This document shows positions 1 through 9,644 of a DNA stretch of 64,000 nt, piece by piece. A program made the position numbers and the translations under genes. Origin of the DNA: Saprospiraceae bacterium (lineage in GTDB: Bacteria > Bacteroidota > Bacteroidia > Chitinophagales > Saprospiraceae); contig JAJTEZ010000005.1 of assembly GCA_021298335.1 (NCBI GenBank), positions 10,822-74,821 of the forward strand, in the 5' to 3' direction. Within the stretch, counting starts at the first letter, position 1. Each line of letters starts with the position of its first letter. The notes beneath the pieces were generated by a model. That model was not told the DNA's origin. It ran no database searches and was given only the letters and a program-made list of their open reading frames with translations.

Positions 1-1265
1 GTGTACATTTCACCCGCTTTCCCGTTGAAAACCGCATCGTTAAATTCAGGGACCATCATGCCGGGAGCAAAGCTTCCCAAATCTCCACCCTGTTGGGCAG
101 AACCCGGATCCTGGCTGTTGTTTCTGGCAGCATCTGCAAATGTCACGGCTCCGCTGTTGATCACATTTTTCAAGCTATCGATATATTTTTGTGCCGATGC
201 CAGTTGAACAGGATCACCATTGGCAACCGTCCGCAAAATATGAGATGCCCTAGCAGAATCTGCGAGCACCTTTCTGTCAATCAGTTTTGCAAGAAGAAAT
301 ACATTACTCTCCGCATATGGTCCGAAAACCTGTCCTACTGACATAGAGGTAATTGTGTCTTTTACCTTGCCCTGTAGATCGTCTTTCTTAAAAAAAGCTG
401 TAGAATAATATCCACCATTTGTGGTTACAAACAATGAATCGTCTTCCGCAGACTGAAACTCTGTTTTCAATGTTGCAAGATCGCCCCTGACTTGCGCTGT
501 ATCGGTCTGGGTTGCCTTAACTTCATAGATTGCTAAAACAAGGTTTCTCACCTCCTCCTTATTCGTAAATTTTACCTCATTCTTTTTGATGTAGGCAGCA
601 TAATCTTCGTCTGTCAATTTTACCTGATCATCCGCTATAGATTCATATGGAATTCTGACAAAATCCATATTTATGTTTTCATTGTTGATTTTCTCAACCG
701 CCTCAGCATACCAGGTAGGGGCATACAAAGATTTTGATACAAGATTACCAAGTTTTGTCTGCAACTGAGTCTTCACAACCTGCTTTCTCAGCTCATTAAA
801 ACGTGCTGCAAATTCAGGATTAGTTACTGTGCCTTCATCTATTGCCTTCTTGACTTCATTCATCTGCTCTCTGTCCACCTGTCCGGTCTGTGGATTTCTG
901 AAAAATGATTGTACCAGTGGACTAAGGTTTGTTCCAAACTCAAGCTCTGCAAGCTCGTCTGCACCCACGCCAAGCCCTGACGCTTCTGTAATCTCTCCTA
1001 AAATAGCGTTTTCAACAAAGTAATTCCATAGAGAATTTCTCGTACCATATACGTCTCCTGAACCACCATATAACGCAGCTTCTGCACGTTGAAAATCAAG
1101 GTAGTCAATCTTTGTTCCATTGACCTCACCCATGATTGTTCTGGAACCAAAACTTCCGTTGTTGTTCGCATTCATCATGTCCTGAATGATAAAGCCTCCC
1201 AGCGCCACAGCCAAAAGAACAATTATCAACCACATGTTCTTTCTTATCTTACCAATTAATGCCAT
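1..1265 (-). CDS. PpiD/SurA-like periplasmic peptidyl-prolyl isomerase (parvulin type), N-terminal part; the gene runs off the left edge
   Basis: Absent from the ORF track because there is no stop in the window. My reverse translation from the ATG at 1265..1263 gives MALIGKIRKNMWLIIVLLAVALGGFIIQD... (membrane anchor). It stays open to the edge, ending ...QQGGDLGSFAPGMMVPEFNDAVFNGKAGEMYT, a parvulin rotamase motif. Confidence 0.75.
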   Translation of the reverse strand, partial: MALIGKIRKNMWLIIVLLAVALGGFIIQDMMNANNNGSFGSRTIMGEVNGTKIDYLDFQRAEAALYGGSGDVYGTRNSLWNYFVENAILGEITEASGLGVGADELAELEFGTNLSPLVQSFFRNPQTGQVDREQMNEVKKAIDEGTVTNPEFAARFNELRKQVVKTQLQTKLGNLVSKSLYAPTWYAEAVEKINNENINMDFVRIPYESIADDQVKLTDEDYAAYIKKNEVKFTNKEEVRNLVLAIYEVKATQTDTAQVRGDLATLKTEFQSAEDDSLFVTTNGGYYSTAFFKKDDLQGKVKDTITSMSVGQVFGPYAESNVFLLAKLIDRKVLADSARASHILRTVANGDPVQLASAQKYIDSLKNVINSGAVTFADAARNNSQDPGSAQQGGDLGSFAPGMMVPEFNDAVFNGKAGEMY

Positions 1266-1433
1266 AGAATCCTTGTTAATTTATAAACTTCTTAAAAAAA
1301 CATCTTATTGAAAAAGCGGCACAAAGGTAAATTATTTACACTGAAATCCAAATTTACAAGGCGTTTTTACTTGTAATAAAGTGAAATTTAAGGGATTATA
1401 AAAACTTCTAATGTATACTTCCCGCGAAAATTT

Positions 1434-2021
1434 CTAATCTATCGCCTCATCAATGTGTATTGCTGCGGCTTCCAGTTCGTCATAAAAGTCCTGTCCTTTC
1501 AAACGTATGATTGCCTCTTTGACAAAACGATAGAGGGGTGTTTTCTTCTCTTTTCCCAAACTACAGGCCGAACTGCAAATATCCCATTCGTCATAATTCC
1601 AGGCTTCAAAGCCCGAAATATCGTTGCGAGTCACCCGAATTGGATACAAATGGCAGGAAATAGGCTTGTTGACTGGAATTCTCCCCTCCTGATACGCACG
1701 CTCAATTGCACAATACGAAATATGATCTTCACCCCTAAACAAAAACACGCAGGCCCCGTCATCATGACATGTCGTGCCCCATTGGCCCGCTTCCTCATAA
1801 TACGTAAACGCACCGTCTTGTTGAATTTTTTGCACTGACAAGAGTCCCAGCTCGGCCTGGATCACCTCTTTCCACTCCTGATAGAGTCGCATTTCTTCTG
1901 CTGTTACAGGTGCGCCATAATCTCCTTCTGTGCAGCAAGCCCCTTTGCACACTGCCAAATGACAATGAAATGGGGTTTGCACCACATCCAGACTCACCAG
2001 TGTATCCTGAATTACAAGCAT
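1434..2021 (-). CDS. Cys-rich conserved protein, DUF3109-like
   Basis: 195-aa ORF with the cysteine cluster HCHLAVCKGACCTEGDYGAP plus further conserved Cys. Family assignment is from memory only. Confidence 0.55.
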   Translation of the reverse strand: MLVIQDTLVSLDVVQTPFHCHLAVCKGACCTEGDYGAPVTAEEMRLYQEWKEVIQAELGLLSVQKIQQDGAFTYYEEAGQWGTTCHDDGACVFLFRGEDHISYCAIERAYQEGRIPVNKPISCHLYPIRVTRNDISGFEAWNYDEWDICSSACSLGKEKKTPLYRFVKEAIIRLKGQDFYDELEAAAIHIDEAID

Positions 2022-2053
2022 GATATATAGTTCGATGATTAACTCAACAGATA

Positions 2054-3799
2054 TTAAATTTCCTTATCCAGCTTTAAACCAAGCTTTTGAACCAACTGCG
2101 CCAGTTCAGGGCGTTGTTCAACCATATACAGGTATCTTTCTTTTTGCGTCATGGCAACGACTGGTTTTGCCTCTTCAAATTCCGGAAAAAGTGATTTATC
2201 TACCTCGATTTGAAAAACAAGCGCGTCTTGTCCTGTCTCATTTCGAAGCCTGTCAAGCAACGGACTTTCCTGCAAAATCATATCTTTGGAAACCTGTGTC
2301 GGAACTTTGCAGTGAACGACCCGACCCTCATATTCAATGATTGCCAGCTTTAGCGCTGTCTGCACACTTTTGGAAGGAGTAAACTCGGCATATTCATCCC
2401 AAATTTGACGAACCAACTCAACATTAACTTCGTTTCTTGCCGCTTGCTTCGAGACCTCTGCCTGCCTTATGCTGTCCCTAATGGCCTGAAGATCTGTAAA
2501 CAAATTCTTACCTCCATCCGCAGGCCGTTGTGGTACTTCCTTTTCGGTGACAGAACTCGCAGATTTATTCACCCTCTCTCCTTGAAGCGGTTGTTCTACC
2601 GGAGATTCAATTGGAGTTTTTTTTACCTCTATGCGTTGTGTTTGGGTTCGTTCAGGGTTTTTTTTTTCTTCCGAAGAGTCTCCGGTAAAAAGGTTGGTTT
2701 CCACCTTTCGGCTAAGAAATGTAACTTTTGCCAATGCCAGTTCTACCTGTAATCGCTTGTTTTTTGCCCGAACAAGGTCAATATCACACTGGTTTAGAAT
2801 CTGCACTCCTGAAAGTAAAAAGGAGCTGGACGTCAGTTCTGCTTGTCGTATATACCTGTTTTTCATTTCTGTGCTGACTTCCAGAATTTGTGTTGTAGCA
2901 GGCATTCGCGCAATCAAAAGATCTCTGAAATGGTCAGCGAGACCCACCACAAAATGGTCAGCATCAAAACCCTGCCGCACTATTTTGTCCAGAGTAAGAA
3001 ACACTTCAGCCACATCTTCCCGCAACATGGCATCGGTGATGGTGAAGTAAAACTCAACATCCAGGAGGTTTAAGTTTGCAACTACATCTTTATACGTGAT
3101 CACATTGCCCGTGGAACTTGCGATTTTATCAAAAATGGTCAGCGCATCCCGCATGGCACCGTCTGCTTTGGATGCAATCGTATGCAAGGCCTCTTTCTCT
3201 GCCTGAATGCCCTCACTGACACAAATTTTTTCCAGTTGAACAACGGCGTCTGCAATTTGAATGCGTCTAAAGTCAAAAATCTGACACCTGGATAGTATTG
3301 TAGGTATGATTTTATGCTTCTCAGTTGTAGCAAGAATAAAAATTGCGTATGAAGGTGGTTCTTCCAGTGTTTTCAAAAATGCATTGAATGCTGCAGTAGA
3401 CAACATGTGCACCTCGTCGATAATAAACACCTTATATTTCCCATGCTGAGGCTGAAATCGAACCTGTTCTGTCAGTGTGCGGATGTTTTCCACGCTGTTA
3501 TTTGATGCAGCGTCCAGTTCGAGGATGTTAAAAGAGGCGTTATCATTAAACGCTTTACATGAAGAACACTGATTACAGGCCTCAACTTTGTTGATCGGCT
3601 GCTCGCAATTAATAATTTTAGCCAGGATTCGGGCACAAGTAGTTTTGCCTACACCCCGCGGACCTGTAAACAAAAACGCATGAGCCAGATGACCCGTCTG
3701 AAGAGCATTTTTCAATGTCCTTGCGATGTGATCCTGACCCACCACTTCATCAAAAGAAGTGGGTCTGTATTTTCGTGCGGATACTACAAACTGACTCAT
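2054..3799 (-). CDS. dnaX: DNA polymerase III subunit gamma/tau
   Basis: N-terminus SARKYRPTSFDEVVGQDHI, Walker A GPRGVGKTT, zinc module CNQCSSC, DEVHML box, and a long low-complexity C-terminal tau region. Confidence 0.95.
   Translation of the reverse strand: MSQFVVSARKYRPTSFDEVVGQDHIARTLKNALQTGHLAHAFLFTGPRGVGKTTCARILAKIINCEQPINKVEACNQCSSCKAFNDNASFNILELDAASNNSVENIRTLTEQVRFQPQHGKYKVFIIDEVHMLSTAAFNAFLKTLEEPPSYAIFILATTEKHKIIPTILSRCQIFDFRRIQIADAVVQLEKICVSEGIQAEKEALHTIASKADGAMRDALTIFDKIASSTGNVITYKDVVANLNLLDVEFYFTITDAMLREDVAEVFLTLDKIVRQGFDADHFVVGLADHFRDLLIARMPATTQILEVSTEMKNRYIRQAELTSSSFLLSGVQILNQCDIDLVRAKNKRLQVELALAKVTFLSRKVETNLFTGDSSEEKKNPERTQTQRIEVKKTPIESPVEQPLQGERVNKSASSVTEKEVPQRPADGGKNLFTDLQAIRDSIRQAEVSKQAARNEVNVELVRQIWDEYAEFTPSKSVQTALKLAIIEYEGRVVHCKVPTQVSKDMILQESPLLDRLRNETGQDALVFQIEVDKSLFPEFEEAKPVVAMTQKERYLYMVEQRPELAQLVQKLGLKLDKEI
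2658..2667 (-). promoter_or_regulatory. Candidate dnaX slippage site (A10 run in the mRNA sense, in frame as GA_A AAA AAA AAC)
   Basis: The T10 on the + strand is A10 in dnaX codons about 376-380 (..SSEEKKNPE..). The -1 frame reaches TGA two codons later, and the +1 frame stops after about 10 codons. A second A8 run lies at 2627..2634. Confidence 0.4.
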
Positions 3800-3893
3800 A
3801 TATCAAATGAAGTTGCAAAGATAGGCTTTTCTAACAATTTCGAAGATGCAGATGTCCTGAACAAAGGCATGACTTCTCTTACCAAACAGATCC

Positions 3894-4940
3894 TTAAAGA
3901 AATATTTCCTGTATCAGTTTTTGCATCTGGTTTGTCGCAGAATAAATGGATATTTTTCCATCATCGAGAGTCCTTGTTAGATTTTCAAAAGTGGATTTTA
4001 TTTTAGGTTGCTTGAAGGCCTGCTCCTGTATTTCTTGGGCAACCTGCTTTTGAAACCAGTATTTCAATTGGGTTTTCCTTTTCAACTCAAAATAGGATGA
4101 CTCTGAAGATAAGCGCACGTAAGAATCTATGGATTGTTTGATGTCCTCGAGTCCAATTTTCTCCAGTGAGGATACAAGATGTACCGGGCTTTGCCAGCCT
4201 TGAAGTTCATGAAGAAAAAAATGAGCTGCCTGTCCGTACATTTGACGAGTGCGTTCTGCCAAAGCAAGTTGTATCCCGTCAGCTTTGTTGACAACAAACA
4301 GATCTGCCACTTCCATGATTCCCCGTTTTATGCCCTGTATCTCATCACCTGCGCCTGGTTGCAAAAGTACAATATTCAAATCTGTCATCCTGGAAACCTC
4401 GATTTCTGACTGACCAACGCCAACAGTTTCTATCAGAATGTAATTGAAGCCGGCGGCTTCGCACAAACTGATCGCCTCACGTGTCATATCTGCCGTTCCT
4501 CCAAGACTAGAAGAGGAGGGACTAGGTCTGACAAATGCTTTTTCGGAAGATGCCAATGAGAGCATCCGGGTTTTATCGCCCAAAATGCTCCCTTTGTTTT
4601 TAGTGCTGCTGGGATCGATGGCGAGTACCGCAGGCCTGCATCCCTGGGCCACAAGAAATGAACCAAAAGAATCGATAAAAGTGCTCTTTCCCACTCCCGG
4701 CGAACCAGTAATTCCAATCCTGACCGTTCCTTCTACAACAGGCAACCGTGACAGCAGATTCATGGCAAGACTCCTTTTGTCCGGTATTTTACTTTCTAGC
4801 AATGTGATTGCCCTACCCAAAATATATCTGTCTGAGTTTTTCAGCCCCAGCAAAAAATCTTGCAGTTGAAGCTGCGAGGCATGTCTGACCGAAAAGTCCG
4901 GATTGACTAAGTCATGAGTGATCTCATTTTTTCCCTTCAT
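3894..4940 (-). CDS. meaB: MeaB/ArgK-type G3E GTPase (methylmalonyl-CoA mutase-associated)
   Basis: P-loop GITGSPGVGKSTFI, ETVGVGQSE and VVNKADG motifs; 348 aa. Confidence 0.85.
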   Translation of the reverse strand: MKGKNEITHDLVNPDFSVRHASQLQLQDFLLGLKNSDRYILGRAITLLESKIPDKRSLAMNLLSRLPVVEGTVRIGITGSPGVGKSTFIDSFGSFLVAQGCRPAVLAIDPSSTKNKGSILGDKTRMLSLASSEKAFVRPSPSSSSLGGTADMTREAISLCEAAGFNYILIETVGVGQSEIEVSRMTDLNIVLLQPGAGDEIQGIKRGIMEVADLFVVNKADGIQLALAERTRQMYGQAAHFFLHELQGWQSPVHLVSSLEKIGLEDIKQSIDSYVRLSSESSYFELKRKTQLKYWFQKQVAQEIQEQAFKQPKIKSTFENLTRTLDDGKISIYSATNQMQKLIQEIFL

Positions 4941-5109
4941 CGTATTTGTAACCTTTGTATCACATCGGGCAATTAAGAATTTGTTTCAACTACTCTGCAA
5001 ATGTGAGCATGACAAAAATAACAAATTCTGTCTTTCTTTACCTTTTTACAAAGATAGATGTCCTTTTACTCCCATAAATGCAAATCAGCCTTCTTTTTCC
5101 TGCAATCTT

Positions 5110-6984
5110 TTACGAAGATCGGAAAGCTACCGGATGATACAATTTGACATGAGGCCCCAGGTATACCCGGCTATACAATCGAATGGCAGAAATCTCAATA
5201 AAAATCAAGGTAAAAGCAATGATAATTGGCAGAAAAAACTCACCCTTATGCATATTGGAATACACAATATCCAGTCCTACAAACGTAGGAGAAATCGGAA
5301 ACCCGGCAATCGCCAATCCTGCAAACAAAAATCCCATTCCAAGCTTTGGGTGCTCATAAATATGTCCATAATGTCCGGCCAAGTCATGAATGGGCTCCTC
5401 AACGTTGAGTTTATGTAAACAATAATGACCTACTCCTCCAGCCAAAATCACTCCGCTGAGATATAACAGAGACTCATTAAAATCTATCGAACCATTATAA
5501 GCAGCTGCAAATACGATAAAAAACTGTGCGAGCACCAGATACATCCATGCTCTGAAAACAGATTGACGTTCTGTAAACGATTGCAGAACCAACAGGAAGG
5601 AGTAAATGCCAAAAAGTCCTGAAAAAATTAAGTCTATTTTATGATTTACATGTCCTAATGACGTAAAAATGAGTCCAATAGCCGATAGAATGAACAAGCC
5701 TGTGATAATATATCCGGTTTTAGAAGACAAAAATCGCAATTGATAACCCAAAACTTTAAACGGCATCCATAACACTGAATAATGCAGCTTGTCAAGATGA
5801 AATTCTTTCACAGAGAGTATGAATATCGATGACCTCAGCCGGTGATCTTTTTTAAACCAGCTTCGATCACTGGGAGCCTCAAAATGAAAATACTGTTCGT
5901 GAATCAGGTAGTTAAGTACTGATGGAGACACCAGCAACTGATAGGCCCGAAGGAATGCATTTCCTGTAAAATGAAGTACCGCCAACACATGAAGCCCTAA
6001 TGCTACTTCAATAAACATAATACCTATTTGTGCGATGGAAGAATAGCCAATCTGAATTTTTACCGATGACTGCACACTGGCAATACTTGTTGCCACCAGG
6101 CTCGTTGTCAGACCCAGTAATCCTAAAAACACCCGAAATATGATCTTGTCTTCCCATAAAGGCTCTACCCGAAGAAGAAGAAAAATGCCTATGTGGACCG
6201 AAAGGGCACCGTAAAAAATTGCCGTAGAAGTTGTTGGACCCTCCATCGCGCGCGGCAGCCAGGAAGAAAAAGGTAATTGAGCAGATTTTATAGCAGCCAC
6301 CACCAGGAAAAAGAAGGGAATCAGAAAAAAATAGGCCGGATTATGTGCCATTTGTTCTGCCCAGCCGTCCGTATTCGCAAGTTCTACAAAATTGATGTTT
6401 CTGTCAAAAGCCAGATGGCATAACCAAATAGCTAAAAGCAATGTGATATCTGACAAACGATATAGTGAAACAACTTTAATTGCATTCTTTACCGGCAAAT
6501 ACCTTAATCTGTAATATCCAATGAGAAAGAAGGAAGAAATTCCCAAAACCTCCCAGCCAATAATCAGCGTTTCGAAGTTGCCCGCAAAAATGACAAAATT
6601 CAGTCCAAGAAAAAAGAATAGTATATTATTAAAAAATCGCTTGTATCCCTTGTCCCTGTGGAGGTAGTACCTACTAAACCGGACTACCAGAAGGCTTAAT
6701 ATCACGGAAACCCATCCGTAAACCATGGTTAGCCAGTCAAAATATAAATCAAACGAAAGATGACTGTGCCCCTTTTCATAATATGTCAGAATTTCAGTAT
6801 AGAGCGATTGTCTGCCTGTCGAGAAGAAGTAAACGGTGGTAAATATCAATCCTGCAAAATAGACCCATAGAGTACCTAATGATGCAAAATATAATTTTTT
6901 CTCACTCGTTTTTCCTGGCAACAGGGAAACTAACAAACCAATTGCCGGAACCAGTATAAAAAATAGCAATAACTGTGACATCAT
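5110..6984 (-). CDS. dabB: DabB, NuoL/NdhF/MrpA-type proton-conducting membrane subunit of a DAB inorganic-carbon pump
   Basis: 624-aa polytopic protein with NuoL-like core motifs (WEVLGISSFFLIGYY, AAIKSAQLPFSSWLPRAMEGPT). Its start overlaps the dabA stop as ATGA at 6981..6984. Confidence 0.8.
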   Translation of the reverse strand: MMSQLLLFFILVPAIGLLVSLLPGKTSEKKLYFASLGTLWVYFAGLIFTTVYFFSTGRQSLYTEILTYYEKGHSHLSFDLYFDWLTMVYGWVSVILSLLVVRFSRYYLHRDKGYKRFFNNILFFFLGLNFVIFAGNFETLIIGWEVLGISSFFLIGYYRLRYLPVKNAIKVVSLYRLSDITLLLAIWLCHLAFDRNINFVELANTDGWAEQMAHNPAYFFLIPFFFLVVAAIKSAQLPFSSWLPRAMEGPTTSTAIFYGALSVHIGIFLLLRVEPLWEDKIIFRVFLGLLGLTTSLVATSIASVQSSVKIQIGYSSIAQIGIMFIEVALGLHVLAVLHFTGNAFLRAYQLLVSPSVLNYLIHEQYFHFEAPSDRSWFKKDHRLRSSIFILSVKEFHLDKLHYSVLWMPFKVLGYQLRFLSSKTGYIITGLFILSAIGLIFTSLGHVNHKIDLIFSGLFGIYSFLLVLQSFTERQSVFRAWMYLVLAQFFIVFAAAYNGSIDFNESLLYLSGVILAGGVGHYCLHKLNVEEPIHDLAGHYGHIYEHPKLGMGFLFAGLAIAGFPISPTFVGLDIVYSNMHKGEFFLPIIIAFTLIFIEISAIRLYSRVYLGPHVKLYHPVAFRSS

Positions 6985-9524
6985 TTGTGATTTAAAATGT
7001 GAATGGGAAGGTTTTCTTTGGTTGCATGCAAAATATGGTTTGTTTCCATCTCTTTTGCTGCTTCAAGAAACTCGTGGATGTCATCGACGCCAGGAACCTT
7101 GTCTCCCAACGTTTCCACTACTTCAAAGGATTCATTTCTGAAAAAATAAAATTCTCCTGTTTCTGGATGGACTGAAATCAGATGGACCCATTCATTTCGA
7201 AACCATTCGTATAAATCATCCTGAGATTGGATGACTTTCAGGACCACTTCGGGTTTGTGTTCGACAACCATTAACAGCCTGATAGGGTCATGCACCTCTA
7301 TGGTTTGCAAAGGCAATCCGGGCCTGAGGTCTCCATCGCCGCTGTTTACTACTCCAATCAGCCCCATGACGTGATGAGGCAACTTCGTTCCGGCTCCAAA
7401 CTTTTGATTGTCAACCCTGGAAAAATAATATTCCAGATTAATTCCGCCACAAACCACAGGCAGAGGCCTGATGACACCCAACAGCAGCTTTCCTTCAGGA
7501 TCAATCGAATAATCATACGAATTCATAAACGCCCTCCTGTCAAGGAATAGTCCTTTCGTGAGCGATCTTCTTCCCACAATGCACATGGCGTTGGTTCCAT
7601 GGCCAAACTCAGGCCTCGGTTCAAATAAAGAAACAGACCTGGCCTGAATCGCCCTTCGCACCTTGCGGATGTCGGCATCCGTTTTAATGGAGGCAAATCG
7701 CCGTGATCTCTCTTTTGCGTTGAGATCCAGTCCTCTATCAAACTGGTCCCAGTTGACCTGATGCCTGTTGTGGTTTTCGGCTGTCAGTATGTTGAGGTCA
7801 TAAAAATCCATCAAATCACTGGCAGTATCATGCATTCCTCCTATAAATTGGGTGCCTGGAGGAATTAAAAAACCTCGTTCAGCCAAAATTGCTCTGACCT
7901 TCACATGGTTTGCCATAAAGGCAAAAACCCTGGCGTTGACTGCACCCGGTCTACCACTGCAAGCACCGCAATCATAGGCACCATGGTGTGGGTTGTTTGC
8001 TGTGCTGGAGCCATGAGAAATCAAATAGACTAATGGTGCAAAGGCCTTCACCAGGCCAATACCTTTTAAGAGACCCTCGACTCTGTCTGCCATTTCTATC
8101 AGAGTAAAGCCTATCTGCCATCCATTTTCCCGGTCCTCAGGATGCTTGTTTTCCACAGTAAGCACAGAATCTTTACCCACTCTTGAGAAGGCATTCGGTA
8201 ATGCGGGGCTTTTCTTTGGACGTATAAGGTTAAGCAATAATTTGATGCCTGCCCAATAACCAAAAACCACGGAATGAACAAATCCTCCAAAAAATGAGTG
8301 CGTTTGCTTTTGATAAAAAATCTCTTTCCCATGCTGTACATATGGATCTGTCTCTTTAATCAGATAGCTGGGTGTCACCGGAGCCGGGCACAACTTCTCA
8401 TAAAACTTACCTCCCTCGGCAAGAAAATGAAACTCTACACCAAAAAATCCGGGACAACCCATGGTTTCACAGTTTGGTTCAATCATCTCCAGGTGGCGCC
8501 TGAGCGAACACTCCCGTTCATCAATACATAAGATTGCCTGAAATGATTTTTCCTGCGGTTGATTGGACGGCTTATCTCTGAGATGCTTCAAACCTGTCAA
8601 TACCTCATTGTAATAGGTCCACTCAAATGCATTTTGCCACATGATAAAGACTTCCTGTAGCTCACTTACTGGTACATCTGCAAATAAATCAGTGGGCTCA
8701 ACAGAAATCTGATGCGCCAGTGGCTTCCATGTTTCAGAACCCAGTTCCGAATCCAGGCTATCGATTTCAAGCAATAATTCCAGAATAATAAACTCTTCCA
8801 GGGTAATCTTTTTTCTATACAGCAGTGTATCTGGCTGTTCTTCCACCATGGCTACCATGCCGGACCAGCCATGATGTCCAAATTGCTGGTCAAACAAATA
8901 CTCGTGATACAATTCTCTCTTTCCAATCAAAATATCCAGCAACCCTGTGATCGTATAATTGCCGTCAAGCAGGATTTTACGAGCTCTGTGGGTTGAGAAA
9001 AAACTGATGTGGCTATGTTTTTCGAGTTCGCGCAACGAACCTAAAAATCCTAATTCAATGTGAGGAAAATGCCACAAAGCAATACCCTGATCCAGGTAGC
9101 TTGAAACGATTCTGAAGAGTAAAGGATGAATCCTGTCATCCAGATTGACCGTACATACCGATTTCCACAATGACCTGATTCTGCCTATTCGCGGCTCATT
9201 CAAATCATTGTATTCTTCATGGAGAAGCTTTTTTTTCCATGTAGGAACCGATACTTCTCCTTTCTCTATTGAAATCACCCGATTGAGTATGGCTTCAGAT
9301 ATTCGGCCATTTTGGTAAAGTCCCCGATAATCTGACAACTCGAGTGTGACCTGATAACCAAATATCTTTGAGGCCTTAAAAATTGCCTCATAAAATCGGA
9401 TGTGCTGAAAGGCGTGTAATGTATTGTGGTGAATAAAATCTTTAATTGGGGTCTGAGTAGGCAGATAATGCCTTAATTCATGTAAAGTATGTTCTTCTGA
9501 AAACCCAGCATGATGATTATGCAT
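6981..9524 (-). CDS. dabA: DabA, DUF2309 family (beta-CA-like cytoplasmic subunit of the DAB pump)
   Basis: 847 aa. N-terminal LPTQTPIKDFIHHNTLHAF. CIDER (Cys333/Asp335, 8520..8528) and SHGSSTANNPHHGAYDCGAC (His504 to Cys519, 7968..8015) reproduce the Cys/Asp/His/Cys zinc-ligand pattern and spacing described for DabA. Confidence 0.85.
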   Translation of the reverse strand: MHNHHAGFSEEHTLHELRHYLPTQTPIKDFIHHNTLHAFQHIRFYEAIFKASKIFGYQVTLELSDYRGLYQNGRISEAILNRVISIEKGEVSVPTWKKKLLHEEYNDLNEPRIGRIRSLWKSVCTVNLDDRIHPLLFRIVSSYLDQGIALWHFPHIELGFLGSLRELEKHSHISFFSTHRARKILLDGNYTITGLLDILIGKRELYHEYLFDQQFGHHGWSGMVAMVEEQPDTLLYRKKITLEEFIILELLLEIDSLDSELGSETWKPLAHQISVEPTDLFADVPVSELQEVFIMWQNAFEWTYYNEVLTGLKHLRDKPSNQPQEKSFQAILCIDERECSLRRHLEMIEPNCETMGCPGFFGVEFHFLAEGGKFYEKLCPAPVTPSYLIKETDPYVQHGKEIFYQKQTHSFFGGFVHSVVFGYWAGIKLLLNLIRPKKSPALPNAFSRVGKDSVLTVENKHPEDRENGWQIGFTLIEMADRVEGLLKGIGLVKAFAPLVYLISHGSSTANNPHHGAYDCGACSGRPGAVNARVFAFMANHVKVRAILAERGFLIPPGTQFIGGMHDTASDLMDFYDLNILTAENHNRHQVNWDQFDRGLDLNAKERSRRFASIKTDADIRKVRRAIQARSVSLFEPRPEFGHGTNAMCIVGRRSLTKGLFLDRRAFMNSYDYSIDPEGKLLLGVIRPLPVVCGGINLEYYFSRVDNQKFGAGTKLPHHVMGLIGVVNSGDGDLRPGLPLQTIEVHDPIRLLMVVEHKPEVVLKVIQSQDDLYEWFRNEWVHLISVHPETGEFYFFRNESFEVVETLGDKVPGVDDIHEFLEAAKEMETNHILHATKENLPIHILNHK

Positions 9525-9644
9525 GTGTATGTTTTTTGTTTAGTAAAAAATCCAGCAAAAATTTCCCATCCGAAATGCGTTGAACGGGTGCCTTCCAGAA
9601 AATAAAGAACACCAACAGGATGAAACCTATCTTTTTCATATCAA

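Noticed and set aside
5110-6984. The NuoL-like ORF could be read as an extra or duplicated complex I subunit.
   Set aside because: The nuo operon already has its own nuoL, nuoM and nuoN. This ORF is on the opposite strand, 6.5 kb from nuoA, and is translationally coupled to a DUF2309 protein. That is the DAB/Mps arrangement.
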